Shown: one piece after another, positions 17,914 to 30,390 of the stretch
How positions within the stretch are numbered: the stretch's first letter is position 1
Layout of the letters: each line of letters starts with the position of its first letter
NCBI GenBank assembly: GCA_964291625.2
Contig: OZ220090.1
Location: forward strand, 928,001 to 992,000
Reading direction: 5' to 3'
DNA from: Candidatus Latescibacterota bacterium
Lineage (GTDB): Bacteria; Latescibacterota; UBA2968; UBA8231
DNA length: 64,000 bases
Notes under the pieces: generated by a model
The model's input: only the letters and a program-made list of their open reading frames with translations
The model's database searches: none
Told to the model about the DNA's origin: nothing
Made by a program: the position numbers and the translations under genes

Positions 17914-20900
17914 CTACCGGATCAGGGCGATCTTGCCGACGCGGACCTGGCCGCCGGCGATCAGCCGGTAGAGATAGAGGCCGGAGGCCGCCGGCCGGCC
18001 GTGCTCGTCGATGCCGTACCATTCCCGGGCGTGCCGCCCGGCCTCCAGGATCTCGCCTCCCACCAGCTCGGCCACGACCTGGCCGGCCACGTTGTAGACG
18101 GTCAGGGTCACCGGGCCCGCCTCCGGCAGCTGGAAGTGCAGGGTGGTGCTCGGGTTGAAGGGGTTGGGCGCAGGCCGACCGCCAAGGAGCCGGCCGGCCC
18201 CAGTCCGTCCATCCCGCCGACGGCCACCGGCTTGGCGACGACCACCACTTCGTCTTCGCCGGGCTCGGGGACCTCGCCCTCGGGCATCAGTTCGTCCTCG
18301 GTCTCTTCGTGGACCCCCCGGGCTCCTCCGGAGGCGCCGGGACCCAGGGCCGACGCCGAGACCTGGGCGGTGGTGCCGTAGCCGACAGCGTTACGGGCCC
18401 GCACGTGGAAGACGTACGAGGCGCCGTCGTCGAAGTTGCTCCACGACTTGCTGCGGGCGTCGGCCCCGCCGGCGCGGCGGTACCAGCCGCGCCAGTTCTC
18501 GTCCCCGGTCTTCTTGTAGCGGTAGTAGTAGTGCAGGACGGGCGAGCCATTGGCCGGCGCCGCGCCCCAGGTCAGCTCCATGAATCCGTTGCCGCCCTGC
18601 CGGTCGGTGGCCAGGTTCGTCGGCGCCCCGGGCAAGGTGGCCGGCGTCGCCGAGGCGCTGGAGGCGGCCCCGTCGCCGACGCTGTTGTGGCCCCGCACCT
18701 CGAAGGCGTACGACGTGCCGTTGGTCAGCCCGGTCACCGTCGTGTCGCGGGCGCTGCCGGCGCCGGGCACGGCCGTCCAGCCCGCGCCCGCGCGGCGGAT
18801 GTCATAGCGGTCGACGGCGGCGCCCCGGCCGTCGGCCGCCCCCCAGGAGAGGGCGACCTGCGCGTTGCCGCGCACGGCGCGGAAGCTTGGCGGCGCCTTG
18901 GGCGTGTTCGCCCGCACGACGCCGGACCGGCCGGCCGCGCTCTTGCCCGAGCCGTGGTTGTCCGTGTAGCTGACCGACGCCTCCAGACGCTTGCCGACAT
19001 CGGAAGCCGGCACGGTGTAGCGGTACGACTGCACCGAGGAGGCCTGGCCGGCGGCGCCGCTTTCGGTACTCCAGGACCAGGTCGGCCCGGTGATGCCTCC
19101 GTCCTCGTCGGTGAGGGTGGCCGTGACATGCTCTCCCACCTTGGGACGGCCGCGATCCAGGGTGACGACCCCCGGGTCGTCGGCGTTGGTCACCGTCACC
19201 GTCACCGGACGACTCGCCGACGCCGACCCGTCGGTGACCTGCACGGTCACGCTGTAGGAACTCTTGGCCTCGAAGTTGGGCGCACTGTTGAATCTCAGCG
19301 ATCGGGACGACCCGGTACCGGACAGCTCGCGGAAGTCACTGGCGTCGGTCCCCGCCCGCGACCACGTGAGCGGGAGCGTCGCATCGCAGGCGCTCGAACG
19401 CGTGACCCTGTAGGTGCCCACCGATCCGGTGCCGTTCTCGGCGTAGTTCACATCGGTCGAGCCCGACAGAGACAGGACACAGGGCACCGGGGTCCCGTCG
19501 ATGCCCGCCGCCAGGCTCCGGCCGGCGCCGTTGGCGGCCCGGATCTCGAAGCGGTAGGGCACGTCGTTGTCGAGCCCCGGAACCGTCACCGACGTACCCG
19601 CCGCGCCCCCGCTGTCCTCCCACGCCGTCTGCGACTTTTTCCGGTACCAATACCGATACCCCGTGATCGTCGAGCCGCAGTTGTCCGGGGCTCTCCAGGA
19701 CAGCGAGACCCGCCGGTCGGCCCCCGTCGATCTCAGACCGGTCGGCGTTCGCGGGGTGTTGGCGGCCACCGCCGCCGAGGTCAGGGTGGCCGTATTCCGG
19801 TCCGAGGCCCGATCCCCGTACCTCACGGTCACCCGCAGGGTCTTCCCCACGCTCGAATTGGCCGGCAGGTAGCTCCGGGTCGTGGAGGTCCCGGCCGAAC
19901 CGCTGGCCGCCGCGACCTGCGGCTCCCACTCCCATCCGTAGGTGAAAGTCGGCGGAGTCGTCGGAGATGCGGAAGCCTCCGTATTGATCCCGGCGTCCTC
20001 GTCCTTGAGGGTGGCGTTCACATGGGCGCACGTCATCGGCGTGGATGGGGACAGGGTGATCGTGCCCGCCTCGGGCCGGTTGGTCACCGTCACCGTCACC
20101 GGCTTGCTCGAGGACGCCTCCGGCGAGCCGTCGTCGGTGGCCACGACCGTGACCTTGTAGCTGTTGTCGGTGTCCGCATCGTCGGCCGACTCGAAGTTTG
20201 GTATCGAGCCGAAGCGCAAAGCGCCGCTGTCGGAGGGATCCTGGAAGTCGGCGGCGTCCGCGCCCAAGAGACTCCAGGTGACGCTGTCCTCTTCCGGGTC
20301 GGTGGCGGTGTAGCTGGCCACCGTAGCCGTGGTGGGGGTGTTCTCGGGCACCGACTTGCTGGACGGCCCCGTGATCACCGGCGGCTCGTTGACGTCGGTC
20401 ACCCGCACCGACCTCGGGAAAGTGCCCGCGCTGCCGGACGGATCGCTCACCCGGATCGTGACGGAATAGATGCGCTTCGCCTCGTAGTTGGGCGCCGAGA
20501 CGAAGTGCAGGGACCTCTGGTTGGGGTGCCCGGTCACAGCGCGCAGCTCCTTGAAGCTGCTGGCGTCCGAGCCCGTCCGGCTCCACGTCAGAGGGCCGCA
20601 GAGGGAACTGGCCGACGCCTCGTACACCCCGACCGTGGGCGTCGAGTTCTCCGGTACGTCCGTCTTTGAGACTTCCGAGACCGTGATCACGCATTCCGGG
20701 TCCGCCTCCGGCGTGGCCGAGGCCGGGCTCGAGGCCGGCCCTTCGCCCACCGGATTGACGGCCCGCACCTCGAAGGTGTACCCGGTGCCGTTGTCCAGCC
20801 CCGTGACGGGGTGGCTCGTGGCATCGCCGGCGATCGGCGGGGTCTCGGGCCACGCCGACCAGGTGGACCCGGCCGTGTGGGCGCTGTCCCGGTAGGCATA

Positions 20901-23900
20901 CCCGGTGATCCACGCCCCGTTGCTGTCGGCCGCGGTCCAGCGCAGGGTCACCCGGCCGTCGCCGGCCGTCGCCTGCAGAGACCCAGGCGCCCCCGGCACG
21001 TTGGCCCGCACCGCCGCCGTGGTGTCGCTGACCGCCCGGTCCGGACCATGCCCGTCGGTATAGGTGACCTTGGCCAGCAGGCGCTGGCCCTTGACCCGGT
21101 CCTCCACCGTGTAGCGCTGGCTCTGCGCCGGGGCCTGCCTCCGCTGCCGGGTGGACGACGCGCCGTCCAGCTCTTCCCAGCTCCAGCGGTCGTTGGTCAC
21201 GCCTTGGTCCGGGTCGGTCAGGGTGGCCGTCAGGTGCATGCCCACCCTCGGCTCCATCGTGTTCAGGGTCACCCGCCCCGCCTCCGGCGCGTTGGTCACC
21301 GCCACCGTCATGTCGTGGGAAGCCGAGGCCGCCGGCTCCCCGTCGTCTTTGACCGTGAGCGTCACCTCGTAGAAGTTGTCCTCGTCCGCGTCGTCCGGCG
21401 CCTCGAAGTCGGGCGCCGTCTCGAAGTAGAGGGTGTCCCCCCGCACCTTGAACAACCCGACATCGGCCCCCGCGTGCGACCAGGCGATGGCCTGGCCTTC
21501 CGGGTCCGTGGCCGACAGCGTGGCCACCGAGTCGGTGCGGTGTTCGGCGAACCACACCGTGTCAGGTTCCGTGATCACCGGGGGCCGGTTGCCGCGGTTG
21601 CCCTGCGGCGTCGCCCGGACACTGTCCGCCCGGCCGTAGCCCTCGCCATTGTGGGCCCACACCTGGAACACGTACTCGATGTCGTTGTCCAGAGCCGTCA
21701 CCGTCGTGTCCCGGGCGCTGCCCCCGCCCGGGACCGCCGACGAGTCGCGGCCGGCCCAGTTCGGGCCGCTGCGGTAGCGCAACTCGTAGCGGTCGATGGC
21801 CGAACCGTGGGCCGCCGCCGCCGTCCAGGTCAGCTCCACCTGCCCGTCGCCCGCCTCGGCCTGCAGGTCGCCTGGAGGGCCCGGCACGTTGGCCCGCACC
21901 GCCGCCGTGGTGTCGCTGACCGCCTGGTCCGGACCATGCCCGTCGGTATAGGTGACCTTGGCCAGCAGGCGCCGGCCCTTGACCCGGTCCTCCACCGTGT
22001 AGCGCTGGCTCTGCGCCGGGGCCCGCGTCCGCTGCCGGGCGGACGAGGCGCCGTCCAGCTCCTCCCAGCTCCAGCGGTCGTGGGCCACGCCTTGGTCCGG
22101 GTCGGTCAGGGTGGCCGTCAGGTGCATGCCCACCCTCGGCTCCATCGTGTTCAGGGTCACCCGGCCCGCCTCCGGCGCGTTGGTCACCGCCACCGTCATG
22201 GCGTGGGAGGCCGAGGCCGCCGGCTCCCCGTCGTCGGTGGCCGTGAGCGTCACCTGGTAGAAGTTGTCCTCGTCCGCGTCCGCCGGCGCCTCGAAGTCGG
22301 GCGCCCTGAAGGCGGGCGTCATCTTGAAGGAAAGGGTGTCCCCCCGCACCTTGAACAACCCGACATCGGCCCCCGCGTGCGACCAGGCGACGGCGTCGTC
22401 TTCCGGGTCGGAGGCCGACAGCGTGGCCACCGAGTCGGTCCGGTTTCGGCGAACCACACCGTGTCCGGCGCCGTGATCACCGGGGGCCGGTTGCCCCGGT
22501 TGCCCTGCGGCGTCGCCTCCTTCTCGGCCGGGGTCCCGAGGTTCACCCGGTTCCGGGCGGCCACCCGAAACCCATACGGCGTGCCGTTGCTCAGCTCGGT
22601 GATCGTCGTGTCCCGCGCTGTCGAATCCCCCGGCACCACCGACCAGGTCACGTCCGACCAGTCCACCTCGGCCCCCGAGTGGCTCTTGGGGGCATACTGA
22701 ACCTCGTAGGCGGTGATCGGTGCGCCGTTGGAGTCGGCCGCGGTCCAACTCAACGCCAACTGCCCGTCGCCGGGCTCCGCCGTGAAGTCCCCCGGCGCCC
22801 GAGGCGCCCCCGCCGGCGTGACCGTCGTGTCCACCGACGCCCCCGCCGCCGCCCCGGTGTAGGCCCGCACCTCGAAGGTGTGGGCCACCCCGTTGCTCAG
22901 TTCCTGGGGCAGATAGCGAGTCCAGCCCTTCAGGAAATCGAACCAGGCCGTCGTGTCCCCGGGGACGATCTCGCGGTAGTGATAACCCAGCAGAGGCGAC
23001 CCGCCTGTCGTCCCCGCCGCCGCCCAGGTCAACAATACCTGTCCGTCGCCAGCCTCCGCTTTGAAATTCCGCGGCGCCGACGGCCCCACCGGGATGTCCG
23101 TCGACCAGGCCCCCGCCGGGCGCGACCGCACCCGGTACCGGTAGCGGTACTTCACGTCCAGGGGGTGGCGCTCCGTGGACGGGGTGTGCTGGAAAGTGAC
23201 TCTCATGTCGGCCGACGGCAGGCTCTCGTTGGCCAGCGTGGCCAGCCAGGCATACTCCGACCATCCGGACGTCCCTCTGACCAATTGCCGCTGGAACTCC
23301 AGCCGGTACCCGGCCGCGGCCGGGACCGCCTTCCAACGGACCTCGATCCCTTCGGCGCTTGCGTGAGCGCTCCCCTCTTTCGGGGCCGCAACCGGCGGCG
23401 GCAGCTTGGCGAAGCCGTGGCCCCAGGTGTTGTCCGGACTAGAGTGACGATCTGCCTTGGACTTCAGGTAATCGGCGATCTTCTTCGGGGTATCGTGGAT
23501 GTCGCCCAGCTCCTGGATCACCAGCGCCGCCAGACCCGCCACCCGGGGGGCGGCGATGCTCGTGCCCGACTCACCGCTCTCCAGGCCGCCGACGAGGTCA
23601 GGCTTGATGCGGCCGTCGGGTGTGGGCTCGGGGGCGGGGCCTCGGGCGCTGTAGGCCTTGATTCCAGGGGGATCGGACAGGTCGGCGGCCCCCACGGCCA
23701 GCATGCCCGTATTGGCGCTCTCCGCGGGATTGCCGATGCTGCCGGTCATACTGGCGTCCTGCCAGGGATCGGATCGACCCGAGAAATCTTGCAGTTGAAC
23801 CCATCCGGGAGAGCTGCCACGGAGTCTCCTCACACTCAACCAGTATTGGCCCGCCGACCAGATGGGGGACTCGGTATCCATTAGAATCTCCATCGGAACG

Positions 23901-25579
23901 GCACGATCTCCGGTCTGGGAGCCCGTTGCACTCCCAGCCAATCGCAGCCCCGATCCGGGTACATTGTGATACAGGAAGAGATCCAGATTGATCGCCGGGC
24001 CCGTCCAGGCGTCCTTCCAGCGCAACGCGAATCGGGGACCAGACGCATTCACGCGGATAGGGAGGCTGACTGTTGGTCCAGGAAACACCAGGTACCCGTC
24101 CGAGTCGAAGTTGGGTGAGTTCGAATACCAGGTGCGCTGAGCATCATTGCCCGCCGCGTTGACCCAGACGATCCCGGAGTTCACGGCGGTATCCACCAGC
24201 TTCAGGGGGCTGGCCATATTGGGCGACGTCCCATCTCCAGGTCCGTCCCAATGATTGTTGACCGAGTAATTGATCACCTGTACCCCATTCCGGATCATCC
24301 AATCAAGAGCCTGATTATTCTGAACTTGTCCCATTGTCTTGTGCGTCTTCGATATGTACAACTCCACATTGGGCGCAATGTCCAGAAGCGCTCGTGTGAC
24401 ACCTGTGCCATGTGGGTCCTCTCCGCAATCCCCAAGACCCGTGGAGTCAGCAACCGTATCTTCCTCGTTCGCATAGCAGTAGGTATGGTACGACGGGTTC
24501 AGGTCCTCCAACGCCTCCATCAGGTCGCCGAAGCCATGGAAGCCAATGTCGAGGACACCCACCTTGATGCCGTCACCCCGGATCCCGGCGGTGCGCCAGG
24601 CCGTGGCCCCGTGCGCCGTCGAGGCCGTCGTTGACGACGACCCCTCGGACCGGCTATGCTGGGGGACGGCCTCCAACACCTCCCGGAGACGGATCACACC
24701 GGGCTGTTCCGACAGACGCACGAGGAGCGACACCGGCACGCGGGCCCAGAGAAGTCCTTGCACGCCATCCCCGCCATCGCTCCGCCAGGTGTTCGAGGCG
24801 ATGCCCCGGCCCTTGAGAAAGCGGGCTACCGTGTCGACGCTGTCCCGACTGTTCGTTTGTATCCTCACCGGAACGGTTGGGGTCGACCCTGGCCCGCCCT
24901 GACCGCTGACCGCCGACTGCCCCCCCGGGGACGAGGCCTGGTAGCCCTCGACACGGCTGTTGAGGGAGGACCCGAGCTCGGGATACTGGAGAGGCCGGGG
25001 CAGATCGTGCACGCTGAGGCCGGTCAGACCCGACAGCGATGACGCGTCTCGAAGCGGGTTGAAGGCGAGATACAGATCAGCGAGGTCGGTCAGACCCGAC
25101 AGCGACGACACGTCCGCGACCTCGTTGACCTGGAGGTTCAGAAAGGTCAGGTCCGTCAGACCCGACAAGGGCGTCACGTCCGCCACCGAGTTGCCCGCCA
25201 GGTGCAGCCACGTCAAGCCGGTCAGCCCTGACAGCGGCGACAGGTCGGAGACGTCATTGCGGTTGGACCAGGGCAATTGCTCGGGCCTCGGCCCAAGGTG
25301 CAGCCGGGTCAGCCCGGTGGCGTGCTCCAGGCCGGTCAGGTCGACGATGCCCGCGTCCGGTGCTTCCAAGGTGGTCAGCTCCGCCAGGGAGGCCGCGGGG
25401 ATCGGGTCGCCCGACGACAGGCCGAGGCTGTCCTCCAGCACCGCCCGCAGGGCGGCGTCCGGGACGGTGACTTCGTCTGCAGGGTCGTCCTGCGCCCACC
25501 CGGCCGGCAGGCCCGTCCAGGTCAGCCCGAGGGCCAACAGAATCGCAAAGCAATGCATGGTCTTCCTCTTCGGATGCAT
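17914..25579 (-). CDS. Giant secreted protein: signal, LRR, prodomain, S8 subtilisin protease, Fn3 and cadherin-like repeats, FlgD-Ig/T9SS-like C-terminal domain (two apparent 1-bp frameshifts at ~22445 and ~18175)
   Basis: Joins ORFs 22319-25594, 18108-23336 and 17914-18111. S8 triad VGVLDIG / HGTGV / GTSIAAP plus AAGN. Fn3 motifs (YTFEVRA), cadherin motifs (APDFEAP, TDVNEPP), tail PNPFNPSTT...SGLYLYRL...GKIALIR. The internal duplicate reads WFAEHRTD in frame where the first copy lacks one base. Alternative start 25558. Confidence 0.82.
20990..22513. repeat. Near-identical internal duplication (~620 bp x2) of a cadherin-like + Ig-like module
   Basis: ~20990-21613 and ~21880-22513 both encode GNRPPVIT...TLNTMEPRVGMHL...AVRANVPG. 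Confidence 0.85.
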
Positions 25580-25612
25580 GTTGTGGATTCTCAACGGCAG
25601 CTGCTCCCCGCC

Positions 25613-26755
25613 CTACGGGAAGAGGCTCTTGATCGCGCCCCAGGACGATGCTTCCACTCCGGTGCCAGGAAGGTCGGAACCACACCCGTCCTGGCCACCC
25701 GCACCGGAATCACCGCTTTCGCCTCCAGTTGACGTGGCAGGAACCGACTCCAGTATCGTCTCGACGCGAGCCACGGAGGGCAGTTCGGACAAAGGCACCA
25801 GCAGCGGGATGGGTACACAGGCCCAGACCGTGTTGCGCACCCAGTCGGCGTCTTCGCTGCTGCGACGGCCGATGTGCACTCTGGTGATACAGTGGTCCTC
25901 CAGGAAACGGACGGCTCGGTCGATGCTGCTCTCTTCCGTGCCCAACAGAATACCCACGGGGACTGAATGGGGGGGCTTCGACGGGTCCCAGCTGTAGAAA
26001 TCCGGCTTTGACGGGTCCCAGTCGTCGGAAGTCGGAAATCGCGAGACGCAGCGACCTGGATCGATTTCGTCCGTCGTCCGGCCCCACCGGAGCGCCTCCT
26101 TGTAGCTATAGACAAGACCGTTCAAGGAACTATCCAGCTTCGGCCACAGGTTGGGACCCGCGAAAATGGGATAGATCCACAGCGTTCCCGTTCCCGTCCG
26201 CGGCAGCCAATCGTCCAACTCCAACGTCGGGATGAGATTGTACCCCATATGCAACTCCCTGAGCCTGGTCAGGCCCGACAGCGACCTCAGGTCCGAGATC
26301 CTGTTTACTTCCACGTTCAGCGACCTCAGGTTGACCAGGCCCGACAGGGGCGTCACGTCCTCCACCGAGTTGCCCGCCAGGTCCAGCCAGGTGAGGCCGG
26401 TCAGTCCCGACAGCGGCGACAGGTCGGAGACGGCGTTGGTGTTGGTCCAGGGGTCTCCGTTGGTGTTGGTCCAGGGGTCTCTCGTGATGGCCCCCGGCCC
26501 CAGGTCCAGCCGGGTCAGCCCGGTGGCGTGCTCCAGCCCGGTCAGGTCGACGATGCCCAAATCGGGCGCCTCCAGAACGATCAGCTTCGCCAAGGAGGAC
26601 GCCGTGATCGAGTCGCCCGCCGCCAGACCGAGGCTGTCCTCCAGCACCGCCCGCAGGGCGGCGTCGGGCACCGTCACCTCGGCCGGGGAGTCGTCCTGCG
26701 CCCAAGCGGCCGGCAGGGCCGTCAAGATCGTCAGGAGACAGATGCGGATACGCAT
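25613..26755 (-). CDS. Secreted LRR + prodomain-like protein with SWGAIK tail (type A)
   Basis: Signal MRIRICLL..AWAQ, LRR cap VPDAALRAVLEDSLGL, internalin-type LRRs, DDWDPSKP domain, ends SSWGAIKSLFP. Confidence 0.85.
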   Translation of the reverse strand: MRIRICLLTILTALPAAWAQDDSPAEVTVPDAALRAVLEDSLGLAAGDSITASSLAKLIVLEAPDLGIVDLTGLEHATGLTRLDLGPGAITRDPWTNTNGDPWTNTNAVSDLSPLSGLTGLTWLDLAGNSVEDVTPLSGLVNLRSLNVEVNRISDLRSLSGLTRLRELHMGYNLIPTLELDDWLPRTGTGTLWIYPIFAGPNLWPKLDSSLNGLVYSYKEALRWGRTTDEIDPGRCVSRFPTSDDWDPSKPDFYSWDPSKPPHSVPVGILLGTEESSIDRAVRFLEDHCITRVHIGRRSSEDADWVRNTVWACVPIPLLVPLSELPSVARVETILESVPATSTGGESGDSGAGGQDGCGSDLPGTGVEASSWGAIKSLFP

Positions 26756-26846
26756 GGGATCATCCTCCCGGGGCAAGGACAGTCGTGGGACCCACTTGCC
26801 GGGCCCTTGAATGGTGCGTCACAAGCAAGACCATCGCCGCGCTCCC

Positions 26847-28146
26847 CTACCGGATGAGGCCCAGCTTGCCGAATGTACAGCTCCACGTCCGGGGCGATGT
26901 CGAGCAGGGCTTGCGTCACATTCGTGCCATGCTCGTTCCTCAAGCGTACACCTTCCATGGCTCCGCAGTTGGCAAGACTCGCGTTGTTCCCGTCGAATGC
27001 CTGAGCATCCGGGCCCGAAAAGCAGTAGGTATGCCACGACGTACTCTGCTTGCCGAGTTGCGTCATCCGCGCTTGGAAGTCATCGAAGCCGCCGACATCG
27101 ATCACACCCACCTTGATACCGGCGCCACGGATCCCGGCCTCGCGCCACGCGGTGGCCCCGTGCGCCGGGGCGGCCGTGATCGTCGACGGCGTCGACGGCG
27201 GCGTCCCGGATCCGCCCTGGTGAGGGATGGCCTCCAGCACTTCCCTGACACTGATCACCCCCGGCTGCTCCGACAGACGCACCAGAAGCCGCAAGGGCAC
27301 ATGGGCCCAGAGAAGTCCCTGCACGCCGCTTCCTCCATCGCTCCGCCAGGTGTCCGAGGAGATACCCTGGCCATCGAGAAAGCGGGCGACCGTATCGACG
27401 CTGTCCCGGCTGTTCGTGCGGATTCTCACCGGGACAACGGAGTCCGACCCTTGGTGACCCTGGCCCCGGGCGGACCTTCCCTCGGATGACGAGCCCTCGC
27501 TCTCCCCCACCTGACGGCTGAGCGAGGAACCCAACTTGGGATGCCGGGGAGGCCGGGGGAGGTCATACACGGTGACGTCGGTCAGGCCCGACAGCGACGA
27601 CGCATCCTGCAAAGGATTGAAGGCGAGATACAGATCGGTGAGGCCGGTCAGACCGGACAGCGAGTCAGCGTCCGTAATTTCGTTGACCTGGAGGTTCAGA
27701 AAGGTCAGACCGGTCAGGCCCGACAGGGGCGTCACGTCCGCCACCGAGTTGCCCGCCAGGTGCAGCCACGTCAGACCGGTCAGGCCGGACAACGGCGACA
27801 GGTCGGAGATGGCGTTGCGGTTGGCCCAAGGGTCCCCCGTGTCGACCGGCCCCAGGTTCAGCCGCGTCAGCCCGGTGGCCGAGTCCAGCCCGGTCAGGTC
27901 GACGATGCCCTTGTCCGGCGCCTCCAGGGCGGTCAGCTTCGACAGCGAGGCCGCAGTTATGGGCTCGCCCGCCGACAGGCCGAGGCTGTCCTCCAGCACC
28001 GCACGAAGAGAGGCGTCCGGGACCGTCACCTCGTCCTGGGATTCGCTTTGCGCCCAACTGGCCGGCAGGCCGGTCAAGCTCAGCCCAAGAGTCACCACAA
28101 TCCAGAAAGCGTGCATGATCTTCGTATGCTGATTCATCATCTTCAT
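26847..28146 (-). pseudogene. Internally deleted paralogue of the giant LRR-S8 gene
   Basis: LRR + prodomain + S8 Asp (VGVIDVG) and His (HGTNV) motifs. Homology stops at ELYI (~26875); the next bases read GKLGLIR* in another frame, matching the last residues of the FlgD-type tail. Confidence 0.75.
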
Positions 28147-28180
28147 CTATAGCGGGTGAGGGTGGGCAATTCGGTCCGGC

Positions 28181-29256
28181 CTACCGGAAAACGGTCCTTG
28201 AGCGCGCCCCAGGACGCCCCTCCGACCGAGGAGATATCAGGGGGAGCGTCCCCGGAGGGGTAGACGGAATTGTGCACGTACTCGATCAGTGCGACCTGGG
28301 ACAGTTCGGACAAGGGCTCCACCAGGGGCAGGGGCAAGCAAGCCCAGACGTGGTGGGAGTAGCGGGGGGGGGCCGTGGATGAGGAAGCGAGTGATGCCGT
28401 GGTCCTCGAGCCAGCGGACGATCACGTCGACGCTCTCCTGCGTCTCTGGATCTACGAAAATGTCCGTGGCGAGCGAGGGGGCCGGCTTCGAGAAGTCCCA
28501 AGGAGGGAATCTTGTGACGCAGGGCCCCTCGGGATCGACCCGGTCCGTCACCCAGCCCAAGCGGAGCGCGTTCTTGTATTCATGGACCGCGTTTTCGCAA
28601 CGGCCGGACAGCTTGGGATTCAGTCGGACACGGGGGAGAATCCAGCGCCCGGAGAAAATCAGATAGGTTGTTCCTGCCACCCGCGCCATGCGATCCTCCG
28701 GCAAGGGCCACTCGTACAGAATCGGGTTGAAAGCGACAAACAGATCCCTGAGCTTTCTCAGGCCGGACAACGACGAGAAATCCGAGATGTAGTTGACTTC
28801 CAGGTTCAGCCACCTCAGCTCGCTCAGGCCGGCCAGCGGCGTCACGTCCGCCACCGAGTTGCCCGCCAGGTCCAGCCAGGTCAGAGCGGCCAAACCTGAC
28901 AGCGGCGACAGGTCGGAGACGGCGTTGGTGTTGGCCCAGGGATCCGCCATGGCCCCCGGCCCCAGGTTCAGCCGCGTCAGCCCGGTGGCCGAGGCCAATC
29001 CGGTCAGGTCGACGATGCCCTTGTCCGTGGCCTCCAGCGCGGTCAGCGTCGCCAGCTCGGACGCAGTGATCGGATCGCCCGCCGACAGGCCGAGGCTGTC
29101 CTCCAGCATCGCACGAAGAGAGGCGTCCGGGACCGTCACCTCGTCCTGGGATTCAGGTTGCGCCCACCCCGGCGCCAAGCCTGTCAAGGTCAGCCCAAGG
29201 GTCACGGCAATCCAGAAAGCGAGCATGGTCGTCGTATGCTGATTCATCATCTTCAT
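28181..29256 (-). CDS. Secreted LRR + prodomain-like protein with SWGALK tail (type B; frameshift at the G-run 28363-28372)
   Basis: Near-identical to 29296-30357 through EWPLPEDRMARV...; the C-terminus CLPLPLVEPLSELS...SWGALKDRF lies in a shifted frame. Confidence 0.75.
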
Positions 29257-29295
29257 TCTTCATCAGAGTGGGTGAGGGAGTAGACGGGGTCCGGC

Positions 29296-30357
29296 CTATT
29301 GGGAACGGTGCTTGATTGCGCCCCAAGACACCCCTCCGAGGGAGGAGGGAACGGGGTAGAAGTACGGAGACCAATAGATCAGGGCGACGCTGGGCAGTTC
29401 GGACAAGGGCTCCACCAGCGGCAGGGGCAAGCAAGGCGAGACCCAGGGGGAATCGGGGTATCTGCGCCTGGGCTCGTGGATGACAAAGTCCGTGATGCCG
29501 TGGTCCTCGAGCCAACCGACGACCACGTCGACGTTCTCCTGCGGACCCGGGTCTACATAGATCTCCAAGGAGAGCGCCGGGGCCGGCTTCGAGAGGTCCC
29601 AGGCAGGGAAACTGCCGAGGGCGGTGACGCAGGGCGCCTCCAGATCCACCCGGTCCGTCACCCAGCCCAAGCGGAGCGCGTTCTTGTATTCGTGGACTAC
29701 GTTTTCGCAACCCTCGGACAGCTTGGGATTCAGTCGGACACGGGGGAGAATCCAGCGCCCGGAGAAAATCAGATAGGTTGTTCCTGCCACCCGCGCCATG
29801 CGATCCTCCGGCAAGGGCCACTCGTACAGAATCGGGTTGAAAGCGACAAACAGATCCCTGAGCTTTCTCAGGCCGGACAACGTCGAGAAATCCGAGATAT
29901 AGTTGACTTCCAGGTTCAGCCACCTCAGCTCGCTCAGGCGGGCCAGCGGCGTCACGTCCTCGATCGAGTTGCCCGCCAGGTCCAGCCAGGTGAGAGCGGC
30001 CAAACCTGACAGCGGCGACAGGTCGGAGATGGCGTTGGTGTTGGCCCAGGGATCCGCCATGGCCCCCGGCCCCAGGTTCAGCCGCGTCAGCCCGGTGGCC
30101 GAGGCCAATCCGGTCAGGTCGACGATGCCCTTGTCCGTCGCCTCCAGCGCGGTCAGCTCCGCCAGGGAGGCCGCGGGGATCGAGTCGCCCGACGACAGGC
30201 CGAGGCTGTCCTCTATCACCGCCCGCAACGAGGCGTCCGGGACGGTGACTTCGTCTGCAGGGTCGTCCTGCGCCCACCCGGCCGGCAGGCCCGTCCAGGT
30301 CAGCCCGAGGGCCAACAGAATCGCAAAGCAATGCATGGTCTTCCTCTTCGGATGCAT
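29296..30357 (-). CDS. Secreted LRR + prodomain-like protein with SWGAIK tail (type B)
   Basis: Signal peptide, LRR cap, LRRs, NPKLSEGCENVVHEYK, ends VSWGAIKHRSQ. Confidence 0.85.
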   Translation of the reverse strand: MHPKRKTMHCFAILLALGLTWTGLPAGWAQDDPADEVTVPDASLRAVIEDSLGLSSGDSIPAASLAELTALEATDKGIVDLTGLASATGLTRLNLGPGAMADPWANTNAISDLSPLSGLAALTWLDLAGNSIEDVTPLARLSELRWLNLEVNYISDFSTLSGLRKLRDLFVAFNPILYEWPLPEDRMARVAGTTYLIFSGRWILPRVRLNPKLSEGCENVVHEYKNALRLGWVTDRVDLEAPCVTALGSFPAWDLSKPAPALSLEIYVDPGPQENVDVVVGWLEDHGITDFVIHEPRRRYPDSPWVSPCLPLPLVEPLSELPSVALIYWSPYFYPVPSSLGGVSWGAIKHRSQ

Positions 30358-30390
30358 GTTGTGGATTCTCAACGGCAACTGCTCCCCGCC

